NCBI GenBank assembly: GCA_028703215.1
Contig: JAQVNH010000001.1
Span: 1 to 28,515 of the forward strand
DNA length: 28,515 bases
DNA from: Eubacteriales bacterium
GTDB lineage: Bacteria > Bacillota > Clostridia > Acetivibrionales > STF1-152
Direction: 5' to 3'
Under the pieces are notes generated by a model. It was not told the origin of the DNA and searched no databases. It saw nothing but the letters and a program-made list of their open reading frames with translations. The translations under genes and the position numbers were made by a program. Of the stretch, positions 8,397 through 16,387 are shown piece after piece; position 1 is the first letter of the stretch; every line of letters starts with the position of its first letter.

Positions 8397-9470
8397 TCAC
8401 CTTCTGACCCTGGCGTTTCCCCGCCAGATGTCCCATACTTGCTCTTCGTCCACAGGCACCGCATAGTCAGTCAGCATCGTGGTTGCAAGAGCTCCTGTCG
8501 CCCATCCGAAACGAAGCCATTTTTCAGGCTCCCAGCCCTTCAGTATCCCATATACGAGCCCTCCCACGAAACCGTCTCCGCCGCCGATTCGGTCAAGCAC
8601 AGGTATCTCGCGCGGTTCCTCGATATGCCATTTATCGCCCTCAAGCATTATTGCCCCCCAAACATGGCTGTTTGCGCTGACTACCTCGCGAAGCGTTGTG
8701 GCAAATACCGAAGCTCCTGGGTACTGAGCCTTTACTCTGCGTATCATTTCCTTAAAGCTCCCGGTTTTTGCAGAAAGGTCTTTTCCTCCCGCCTCCGGAC
8801 CCTCTATGCCCAAAGCAAGCTGAAAATCCTCTTCGTTTCCTACAAGAATATCCGCACGTCCTGCGATCTGCCGGAATGTATCGCTCAATTCCTCTTCTCT
8901 GCCCTTCCAGAAAGAAGCTCTGTAATTCAGGTCAAAACAAACAAGCGTCCCGTTTTGTTTTGCTATCCTCGAAAGCTCAAGGCACACAGCTCCGTTCTCC
9001 GGGGACATTGCCGCAAATAAGCCCGACATGTGAACGATCGCTACGCCTTCCCGCGCGAAGATTTTCTCGAGGTCAAAATCAGTGACTTCCAATGTCTTTC
9101 CAACTTCTCCGGCGCGGTCATTATGAACTCTTGGCCCCCTCATCCCGAATCCGCTGTCAGCGATATTGAACTGATGCCTGTATCCCCAGGGCCCGCCCTG
9201 CGGGACGTCCCTTCCCTCAAACTCAAGATTCCTCTTCCTCATCTCATCCTTGATAAATTGAGAAATCGGGCTGTCCTTGACAAATCTTGTCAGAATTTTT
9301 ACTCTCATCCCGAGCGACGCCGGGATATTCCCGACATTGCTTTCTGCGCTTGTCGCGTGCATGAAATAAGTGTTGCTGACATGCACCGGCTGTCTTTCTG
9401 CAGGTGTGATCCGGACACCCATGCTGGTCGGAATGACCATGGCGTATTTGTAATTTTCTTTTAATTTCAT
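8397..9470 (-). CDS. PfkB/ribokinase-family sugar-acid kinase (KdgK-related but atypical N-terminus)
   Basis: C-terminal anion hole DRIGGGDGF, DLNYRASFW, GNEEDF and N-DRA motif typical of KdgK-like kinases. The N-terminal substrate region reads TSMGVRITP and TSAESNV instead of GE..LRL and GGAEANV. Confidence 0.8.
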   Translation of the reverse strand: MKLKENYKYAMVIPTSMGVRITPAERQPVHVSNTYFMHATSAESNVGNIPASLGMRVKILTRFVKDSPISQFIKDEMRKRNLEFEGRDVPQGGPWGYRHQFNIADSGFGMRGPRVHNDRAGEVGKTLEVTDFDLEKIFAREGVAIVHMSGLFAAMSPENGAVCLELSRIAKQNGTLVCFDLNYRASFWKGREEELSDTFRQIAGRADILVGNEEDFQLALGIEGPEAGGKDLSAKTGSFKEMIRRVKAQYPGASVFATTLREVVSANSHVWGAIMLEGDKWHIEEPREIPVLDRIGGGDGFVGGLVYGILKGWEPEKWLRFGWATGALATTMLTDYAVPVDEEQVWDIWRGNARVRR

Positions 9471-9533
9471 GTCGATATCCTATCCTTTGTTATGTATTTT
9501 AATCGATCAACTTACAATTGCTATATTGATATG

Positions 9534-9562
9534 ATTATATAATATTAAATCTGTTGTTTCAT
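9534..9562 (-). promoter_or_regulatory. Putative sigma-A promoter of the kinase-gnd-epimerase operon
   Basis: Minus strand ATGAAA (9562-9557), 17-bp spacer, TATAAT (9539-9534), in an AT-rich divergent intergenic region. Confidence 0.45.
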
Positions 9563-9603
9563 CTCTTTTTTGCTGTTTTTGCTCTCGGTTTATTCAAAAT
9601 CGT

Positions 9604-9633
9604 TTGCTCCGGATCATTTATTCGTTGTATAAT
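9604..9633 (+). promoter_or_regulatory. Putative sigma-A promoter of uxuB
   Basis: TTGCTC (9604-9609), 18-bp spacer, TATAAT (9628-9633), 35 bp before the start codon. Confidence 0.5.
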
Positions 9634-9668
9634 GTGGTCACACACTTGTGTTTTTAGGGGGTTTGGAT

Positions 9669-11285
9669 ATGAAACTTTCTGCAATCAAGATTGGCGATGA
9701 CCGTGAATGGATCGATAAAGGATATGGACTTGTGAAATTTGACAGGGACTCCGTTATAAAGAACACCTCTGAAAATCCTGAGTGGGTTCATTTCGGCCCC
9801 GGCAACATTTTCAGATCCTTCATCGCCCTGCTTCAGCAGGAGCTGCTGGAAAGAGGTATCGAAAAGAAGGGTATTATAGTAGCCGAAGGATATGATCATG
9901 AGATCATAGAAAAAATTTATCGCCCCAAAAATAATTTATCGCTTGCCGTAACACTGCATGCCGACGGCTCGATCGACAAAACCGTTGTCGGAAGCATTAC
10001 TGAATCTCTTATAATGGATACGGAGCTTCCGGACTGGGAAAGGCTTAAACATATATTCAGGTCAGAAACACTTAAAATGGCAAGCTTCACCATCACTGAA
10101 AAGGGCTATAATCTCAAAAATCAGAACGGGGAATATTTCCCCTTTGTTCAAAGCGATCTTATCGGAGGACCGGCGAAGCCGCAGGGCTATATGGGCAAGG
10201 TCGCCGCTTTATGTTACGAAAGATATCTGGCCGGGAAGCTTCCGATTTCCTTTGTAAGCATGGACAACTGCTCGCACAATGGCACAAGGCTTTTTGAGGC
10301 GGTCGATACGATTTCCGGTGAATGGGAAAAAAGCGGTTTAGTCCGGGAAGGTTTCCGGGAATATGTCAACGATAAAAGCAAGGTCGGCTTCCCGTGGAGC
10401 ATGATTGATAAAATAACGCCGCGTCCCGATGAGAAGGTCGTTGAGATGCTTCGCGCGGACGGATTTGAGGACACCGATATCGTTGTGACTGCAAAGGGCA
10501 GTTATGTGGCGCCTTTTGTCAACGCAGAAGAAACGCAGTATCTTGTGATCGAAGAATGGTTCCCGAACGGGCGCCCGAAACTGGAAAAAGCCGGTGCAAT
10601 ATTTACCGACAGAACCACTGTCGAAAAGGTTGAAAAAATGAAGGTTTGCACCTGTTTGAACCCCCTTCACACAGCCCTTGCGATCTATGGCTGTCTGCTC
10701 GGGCACAAGCTGATCTGGGAGGAGATGAAGGATCCGGATCTTAAAAAAATGGTCGAGATCATCGGCTACAGGGAAGGTCTGCCTGTTGTTGTAGATCCCG
10801 GGATCATGGACCCCCGGGAATTTATCGATACAGTATTGAACGTTAGATTTCCGAATGTTTTTATGCCGGACTCGCCGCAAAGGATTGCAACCGATACCTC
10901 TCAAAAGCTGGCAATTCGCTTTGGAGAAACCATCAAAGCCTATCTTAAGAGTGATTCTCTGTCTGTAAAGGATCTTAAAATAATTCCGCTGGTCTTTGCG
11001 GGATGGTGCAGATATATACTGGGCGCTGATGACAGCGGATCACCGTTTACGCCAAGCGGAGACCCGCTTTTGGCAGATATCCGCAATCACCTTGGAGATA
11101 TACGTCTTGGAGATGCCGGAAGTTTTCACAAACAGCTTTATCCGATATTTTCCAATGCATCTATTTTTGGGGTTGACCTCTACGAATCCAGTCTTGGCGA
11201 GGTAGCTGAAGGCTATTTCTCAGAACTGGTCGCAGGTAAAGGCGCGGTAAGACGCACACTTAAGAAATATGTTTCTGAAGTGTAG
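9669..11285 (+). CDS. uxuB: Mannitol-dehydrogenase-family oxidoreductase, long type; probable D-fructuronate reductase / D-mannonate oxidoreductase, 538 aa
   Basis: WVHFGPGNIFRS nucleotide-binding motif, FTITEKGY, VSMDNCSHNG, WSMIDKITPRP, EKMKVCTCLNPLHT. Start at ATG 9669 after AGGGGG. Substrate is inferred from family and context. Confidence 0.75.
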   Translation: MKLSAIKIGDDREWIDKGYGLVKFDRDSVIKNTSENPEWVHFGPGNIFRSFIALLQQELLERGIEKKGIIVAEGYDHEIIEKIYRPKNNLSLAVTLHADGSIDKTVVGSITESLIMDTELPDWERLKHIFRSETLKMASFTITEKGYNLKNQNGEYFPFVQSDLIGGPAKPQGYMGKVAALCYERYLAGKLPISFVSMDNCSHNGTRLFEAVDTISGEWEKSGLVREGFREYVNDKSKVGFPWSMIDKITPRPDEKVVEMLRADGFEDTDIVVTAKGSYVAPFVNAEETQYLVIEEWFPNGRPKLEKAGAIFTDRTTVEKVEKMKVCTCLNPLHTALAIYGCLLGHKLIWEEMKDPDLKKMVEIIGYREGLPVVVDPGIMDPREFIDTVLNVRFPNVFMPDSPQRIATDTSQKLAIRFGETIKAYLKSDSLSVKDLKIIPLVFAGWCRYILGADDSGSPFTPSGDPLLADIRNHLGDIRLGDAGSFHKQLYPIFSNASIFGVDLYESSLGEVAEGYFSELVAGKGAVRRTLKKYVSEV

Positions 11286-11294
11286 CTGCGTAAA

Positions 11295-11651
11295 TCAATA
11301 AAGCTTTGTTTCTTCCTTTTGAACTTTTCTCAGCCATTCGCTGTCATGCGCGGGTTTCTGGTATTCCCACGTCCTTATCCATTCGTCCCATATTTCAGGC
11401 TGGGTGACAAACGTATCAAACTCGATTTCTATTTCTTTTGCCCGGATCGCGTCATTTGATGTCGAGGGGGCTATATCAAACATATTTATGGAACTGTAAT
11501 AAGTGAGTATCCTGAGAACAAAATCACTCAGGATCTCCGCGCTGTCTTCCTCTGGAGCCGATCCTTTCCCGGTCAGTTCCTTGTGCATCGAACGGCCGAT
11601 CTTGATTGCCATCCGTTTGTTGAATTCTTCGATATCATCCTTTATCGCCAT
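11295..11651 (-). CDS. Hypothetical protein, 118 aa, acidic and Trp-rich C-terminal half
   Basis: AGGAG RBS 7 nt before ATG; 36 bp downstream of the previous gene on the same strand; no recognisable family. Confidence 0.7.
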   Translation of the reverse strand: MAIKDDIEEFNKRMAIKIGRSMHKELTGKGSAPEEDSAEILSDFVLRILTYYSSINMFDIAPSTSNDAIRAKEIEIEFDTFVTQPEIWDEWIRTWEYQKPAHDSEWLRKVQKEETKLY

Positions 11652-11687
11652 TATGCATCTCCTAGTCTTTTGTATTTATAATTCAAA

Positions 11688-12803
11688 CTACCTCTTAAAA
11701 ATAAGATAAATTATTATAAATGCAAGTATAAATGCTGCCATAGTTCCCGCAACCTTCAGCAGACTGACCGGCGTTTCTCCCTGGACATTTCCGGTCTGTC
11801 CGTTTACCATAAACCTATAGATCTTCTTTTTATATGTGAATGCTGAGATCCAGACAGGCAGTAAAACGTGCTTGAATTTAATTGTTTTGCAAATCGTGTT
11901 GATGCTCAGATTCCTGACCTCATCGGCCCGGATTTGATCGATGACGCCCTTATAGATCTCTGAATCAACTTTTTTTCTCGCTTTCAGCCATCCTTCTTCG
12001 AGCCCTATGCCGTATCTTTCCGCTTGAAATCCCGAGAGGTATTCCGGTTTATAGAGAACAAGCTTTTTCATGTCAAAATTATGCAATTTGTTAATAATGT
12101 TTTCTTCTATGTTTTTTGACGCGTTGACCGGAATTTCATCAAAATATTCTGTATATACTCCGCTTGTCGGTCTCCATCGGATCTGCCTGACCTGCTTTGT
12201 AACCATTTGTTGTTTGCCGTTTACTTTCGCCCAGCCGTTTTGCGTTTCATAATAGTATTCTCCGGCTTCTCCCGAATATGCCGACCATGTGTCGGCGTCA
12301 TATGTCCAGAAAGGCACATAAACACCGTTGAGCCGAACCGCTTTGTGTTCTATTTTTACATCGCGCGGCGCGAAAAATTTGCCTTTCAGCCATTTGGAAT
12401 AATTTTCAGCCGCCTTTTTGAAACTTATCAGAAACGGTATCAGCGACTCCGGTGGAATACCTGCGGATTCTATGCTTTTTGTAACATGCGCGGATCCGCA
12501 AAAAGCGCACGACTGAGCAGTGTTGAATACATCAAGAACTGTTCCGGCTCCGCAGTTCTGACAATGCATCACTCTCGTTTCACTTCCCCAGTTTCCGGCG
12601 CTTGTATCCTTGGCTGTAAAGAAGTCGTGTTCCTCTATGTGTCCGTCCTTCGCTGCTATTTCAACGCTTTTTGAGCAATATCCGCATGTAAGTGTTTGTG
12701 TTTCCGGATTAAAAGTCATATTTGCGCCGCAGCTCGGGCAGGGAAAATTGTTTGTCTCTTCCCTTATTATCTGTTCCGGCTTATCGTTAATATCCTGTGT
12801 CAA
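11688..12803 (-). CDS. Zinc-ribbon membrane protein (YdjG-like) with C-terminal transmembrane helix
   Basis: Two four-Cys ribbons (CPSCG..CGYC, CQNCG..CAFCG), conserved-looking LPVWISAFTY and FMVNGQTGNVQG, hydrophobic C-terminal helix ending in KR. Start placed at TTG 12803, 7 nt from GGAGG (the track's GTG at 12809 abuts the RBS). Confidence 0.7.
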   Translation of the reverse strand: MTQDINDKPEQIIREETNNFPCPSCGANMTFNPETQTLTCGYCSKSVEIAAKDGHIEEHDFFTAKDTSAGNWGSETRVMHCQNCGAGTVLDVFNTAQSCAFCGSAHVTKSIESAGIPPESLIPFLISFKKAAENYSKWLKGKFFAPRDVKIEHKAVRLNGVYVPFWTYDADTWSAYSGEAGEYYYETQNGWAKVNGKQQMVTKQVRQIRWRPTSGVYTEYFDEIPVNASKNIEENIINKLHNFDMKKLVLYKPEYLSGFQAERYGIGLEEGWLKARKKVDSEIYKGVIDQIRADEVRNLSINTICKTIKFKHVLLPVWISAFTYKKKIYRFMVNGQTGNVQGETPVSLLKVAGTMAAFILAFIIIYLIFKR

Positions 12804-12826
12804 GGTCACCCCTCCGCTCAGCTCAT

Positions 12827-13957
12827 CTATACTATCTGTTTACCGCAGTCAGGACAGAACTTGACTCCTTTGTTGACGGCAGCGCCGCAATTGCTGCACT
12901 TTATTTCCGGTTCCTGCTCCGCGCCGCAGTCGGGGCAGAATTTCTTTCCCTTTTGAATATCGGCGCCGCACTTGACACATTTTACCATCTCGCCGCTCAA
13001 CGGCTTGCCGCAAGCGCTGCAGAACTTGCGTCCGGCATCTGTTTCCTGTCCGCATGACGGACATATTACCCTGGCCTCCTGCTGCTTCGGGGCAGTATTG
13101 GCACCAAGAGTCTCCGCCATCATCTTCCCTATGGCTGCGCCGGCGCCTATTCCGGCACCCGCTGATGCAAGGCCGCCTCCCGGATTGTTCGCCGCTTCCC
13201 TTATCGCTTCAGCGGTCTGATACTGTGCATATTTCCCCATATCTCCGATAACACCCATAGAGGTTCTCTTGTCCAGAACCTTTTCCACTTCTTCCGGAAG
13301 CGAAATATTTTCTATGTAAAATGAAACAAGCTCAAATCCAAATTTATCAAACATCGGCTTGAGCTTTTCTCTGGATTGTTCGCTGAGCTCGTCATAGTAC
13401 ATCGCAAGATCTATGGCGGGCGTCTTTGTTTCTCCCAGAAGATCGCTTATCCCGGATACAATAGCCCTTTTCAGTTGACCTGTTATGCTTTCTGTCGTGA
13501 ATTCGCTGCTGGTTCCGAAAACCTCTTTAAGAAAAACCGAGGGGTTGTTTACTTTGAATGAATATATTCCGAAAGCGCGCAGACGAAGCATTCCAAATTC
13601 CGCATCCCTCATCATAACGGGATTTGACGTCCCCCACTTTTGGTCTGTGAATTGCTTTGTATTTACAAAATACACTTCGGCCTTAAACGGGGATATAAAT
13701 CCATATTTCCAGGATTTGATCTTTGTAAGGATCGGCATGTTTTGCGTCGATAGGGTATATCTCCCTGGAGAAAATACATCGGCTATCTGCCCCTCGTTAA
13801 CAAAAACGGCAGCCTGTGATTCTCTTACTGTAAGCTGCGCGCCCATTTTGATTTCCCTGCCCTGGACAGGAAAATTATAAACCATTGTATCTGTGGTGCT
13901 GTCCGTCCATTCAATGACTTCAATAAACTGGCTCTTGATAAAATCAAATAAACCCAC
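12827..13957 (-). CDS. SPFH/band-7-like protein (YdjI-like, 'virion core' type) with three C-terminal zinc ribbons, 376 aa
   Basis: N-terminus MGLFDFIKSQFIEVIEW, LTVRESQAAVFVNEG, KWGTSNPVMMRD, LRAFGIYSF, Gly/Ala-rich linker, three CxxCG-x9-FCxxCG repeats. Start at GTG 13957, 8 nt from GAGGGG. Confidence 0.8.
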   Translation of the reverse strand: MGLFDFIKSQFIEVIEWTDSTTDTMVYNFPVQGREIKMGAQLTVRESQAAVFVNEGQIADVFSPGRYTLSTQNMPILTKIKSWKYGFISPFKAEVYFVNTKQFTDQKWGTSNPVMMRDAEFGMLRLRAFGIYSFKVNNPSVFLKEVFGTSSEFTTESITGQLKRAIVSGISDLLGETKTPAIDLAMYYDELSEQSREKLKPMFDKFGFELVSFYIENISLPEEVEKVLDKRTSMGVIGDMGKYAQYQTAEAIREAANNPGGGLASAGAGIGAGAAIGKMMAETLGANTAPKQQEARVICPSCGQETDAGRKFCSACGKPLSGEMVKCVKCGADIQKGKKFCPDCGAEQEPEIKCSNCGAAVNKGVKFCPDCGKQIV

Positions 13958-14002
13958 AAATATCACCCCTCTTATAAGGTATTTAAAAATAACTGCGTTT
14001 TA

Positions 14003-14032
14003 ATTATACCATGATTTAGTTTTGCGGCACAA
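14003..14032 (-). promoter_or_regulatory. Putative extended -10 sigma-A promoter for the SPFH operon, overlapping the phoR 3' end
   Basis: Minus strand TTGTGC (14032-14027), 18-bp spacer, TGG-TATAAT (14011-14003). Confidence 0.55.
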
Positions 14033-15716
14033 AACTTCGCGGGAATAAAATGCTTATGGTGGTTCCTTTACCCGGATCGCTTTCGAGTTTGACTTCCGCT
14101 TTGTGATATTTTGCGCCATGCTTGACTATCGACAGGCCAAGACCTGTGCCGCCGGTTTCTTTCGAATGGCTTTTTTCCACTCTGTAAAATCTTTCAAAAA
14201 CTCTGTCGTGGTGCTTTGCGGGGATTCCTATTCCGGTATCGGTGACTTTGAACAGAACTCCTTGTTCGCTGACAGTCACATTGATTTCCGCTTTCCCGTT
14301 CGCATTGTTATATTTGATAGCATTTTCGCAAAGATTGAATATCATTTCATCAAGGATCTGCCTGACTCCTTTTATCACAGCGCTTTCTCCGGTCACTTTC
14401 AAAATGACTCCCTTTTTGTCTGCGGCTGGTTTGAGTCTCTCCGATACATTCTGAGAAAGCAAATACAGATCTATATCCTCTTGGGGGATATCCACATTCC
14501 CCTCATCAAGCCGTGATATTTTGATAATGTCTTCAATCAGCTTAACAAGGCGGTCCGCTTCACTGTATATCCTGCCGGCGAGTTCAGGCACATCCTTATT
14601 CTTTACGAGCCCGTCTTTCATGATTTCAGCAAAGCCCAATATAGATGTCAAAGGTGTTTTGAGCTCATGGGATACATTTGCCGAAAACTCGCGTCTCATT
14701 TTCTCAGCCGCCATTTTTTCAGTTACATCCAATACCAAAAGTACTATCCCTTTTTCCGCTCCCTTTGCCGTTACAGGGCTTCCCAGTATCTGATATTGTT
14801 TTCCATTCGCTGAAATTATAGCTTCTCCTGTGTTTCCTCCCACAGTTTCCTCAACAACAGCTTGCATTTCCGCGCTTCTGTTCACTGTAAGGATATGCTT
14901 GTTTAAATAATCATCACCTTTTACGTTAAACAGTTTGCGCGCGCTGCTGTTTATTGAAAGGATGTTTGAGTTGTTGTCAAGAATGATCAGCCCTTCTCTC
15001 ATATTTTGAGTGATGGCAGAAAATTCTTCCTGCTTTTCTTTAAGCTCTTCCATTTGATGTTTTAACAGCATATTTTGTCTTTCTATGCGGACAAGAAGAG
15101 TGGAGAATTCGTCGTAAATATCATTATTGGAAGGTTCTTCAAGATCGATTTCATTTATCGGGTCAACGATTTTTTTTGTCTGCCAATTCGCCAGTCCCAA
15201 TCCCAGAACAAAAACTGCAGTCCCGATAAGCAGGAGGTAAGGCACTGTATTGAATACGACCGCGTAAACACTTTTGATCTCATTAGCGACGCGAAGGATA
15301 TTTCCATTCTTAAGAAGAACAGCATAGTAATAATTCTGTTTCCCCAGTGTGTCAGATACCCTGGTGCTTTCTCCGGTTCCTTTTTCTGCTGCGCCTATGA
15401 CCTCGGGCCTGTTCAGGTGATTATCCATCGAATCTATCTTTGTCAAGGAATCATACAGGACTACCCCTTCGGCAGATATAAGCGTTATGCGGTTAATGTA
15501 TTCGTTTTCGTTTCCTTCAAGCAAATATCCGCCGCCTGTTTTATCCAGCATCTCAGCCAGCATCGACGCTTCATCCTTTACATCCTGCTTCATGACATTA
15601 TAAAAAGTATTATATATCACAGTTGAAACAAGAATAGACGTTAGCAATAGAGTAACTCCGGCAAGAACAGACATATTCTTGAATATTCTGCTCTTAAGTT
15701 CGCCTTGCCGCTTCAT
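14016..15716 (-). CDS. phoR: Phosphate regulon sensor histidine kinase with PAS-like domain
   Basis: Two TM segments, H-box EFSANVSHELKTPLTSI, N-box NLCENAIKYN, G1 DTGIGIP, F-box FERFYRV, G2 GGTGLGLSIVKH; last gene of the pst-phoU-RR operon. Confidence 0.88.
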   Translation of the reverse strand: MKRQGELKSRIFKNMSVLAGVTLLLTSILVSTVIYNTFYNVMKQDVKDEASMLAEMLDKTGGGYLLEGNENEYINRITLISAEGVVLYDSLTKIDSMDNHLNRPEVIGAAEKGTGESTRVSDTLGKQNYYYAVLLKNGNILRVANEIKSVYAVVFNTVPYLLLIGTAVFVLGLGLANWQTKKIVDPINEIDLEEPSNNDIYDEFSTLLVRIERQNMLLKHQMEELKEKQEEFSAITQNMREGLIILDNNSNILSINSSARKLFNVKGDDYLNKHILTVNRSAEMQAVVEETVGGNTGEAIISANGKQYQILGSPVTAKGAEKGIVLLVLDVTEKMAAEKMRREFSANVSHELKTPLTSILGFAEIMKDGLVKNKDVPELAGRIYSEADRLVKLIEDIIKISRLDEGNVDIPQEDIDLYLLSQNVSERLKPAADKKGVILKVTGESAVIKGVRQILDEMIFNLCENAIKYNNANGKAEINVTVSEQGVLFKVTDTGIGIPAKHHDRVFERFYRVEKSHSKETGGTGLGLSIVKHGAKYHKAEVKLESDPGKGTTISILFPRSFVPQN

Positions 15717-16387
15717 TTTACTCCCCCGATCCTGTACCCTATCCCCCGCACTGTTTCGATTTCGCTCCCGTGATCGCCCAATTTCTGCCTTAAGCTGCGG
15801 ATATGGACATCAACGGTGCGTGTTTCTCCACCGAAATCGTATTCCCATACCTTCTCTAGCATTTTGTCGCGCGTGATCACAAGTCCCTCGTTTTCCATCA
15901 AGTATCTGAGTATTTCGAATTCTTTTGGCGTAAGCTGAACCTTTCTTCCGGCTGCTTCAACGCAATGCCTTTGCGAATCCAATGCGATTCCGTTTATAGT
16001 TATTTCTTTCCGCAATGATTTTGGTCTTGCCCTGCGCAAAACCGCCCTGATTCTTGAAACCAGTTCCATCATCCCGAAAGGTTTGGCCACATAATCGTCA
16101 GCGCCGCCATCAAGGCCTACGATTTTATCATACTCGGAATTTTTTGCCGTTATTATTATTACCGGGATATCTTTTGTTTCAGAATTTGATTTCAGCCTTT
16201 TAAGGATAGAAATCCCATCCTCTCCGGGAAGCATTATGTCAAGGAGCACAAGCTCCGGCAGCATTCTGTCCAGCGCTTCAAAGAGAAGTTCTCCTCCCGG
16301 GAAGCCTTCGGCTTCGATATCTGTTGCTTTTAAAGTGTATAATATGAGCTCCCTTATGCTGTTGTCGTCTTCTACGCAGTAGATCAC
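15713..16387 (-). CDS. phoP: OmpR/PhoB-family response regulator, 224 aa
   Basis: VEDD, phospho-acceptor LLDIMLPG, TAK, ADDYVAKPF, winged helix RTVDVHIRSLRQKL and VRGIGY. GTG start at 16387 overlaps the phoU stop (GTGA). Confidence 0.88.
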   Translation of the reverse strand: MIYCVEDDNSIRELILYTLKATDIEAEGFPGGELLFEALDRMLPELVLLDIMLPGEDGISILKRLKSNSETKDIPVIIITAKNSEYDKIVGLDGGADDYVAKPFGMMELVSRIRAVLRRARPKSLRKEITINGIALDSQRHCVEAAGRKVQLTPKEFEILRYLMENEGLVITRDKMLEKVWEYDFGGETRTVDVHIRSLRQKLGDHGSEIETVRGIGYRIGGVK

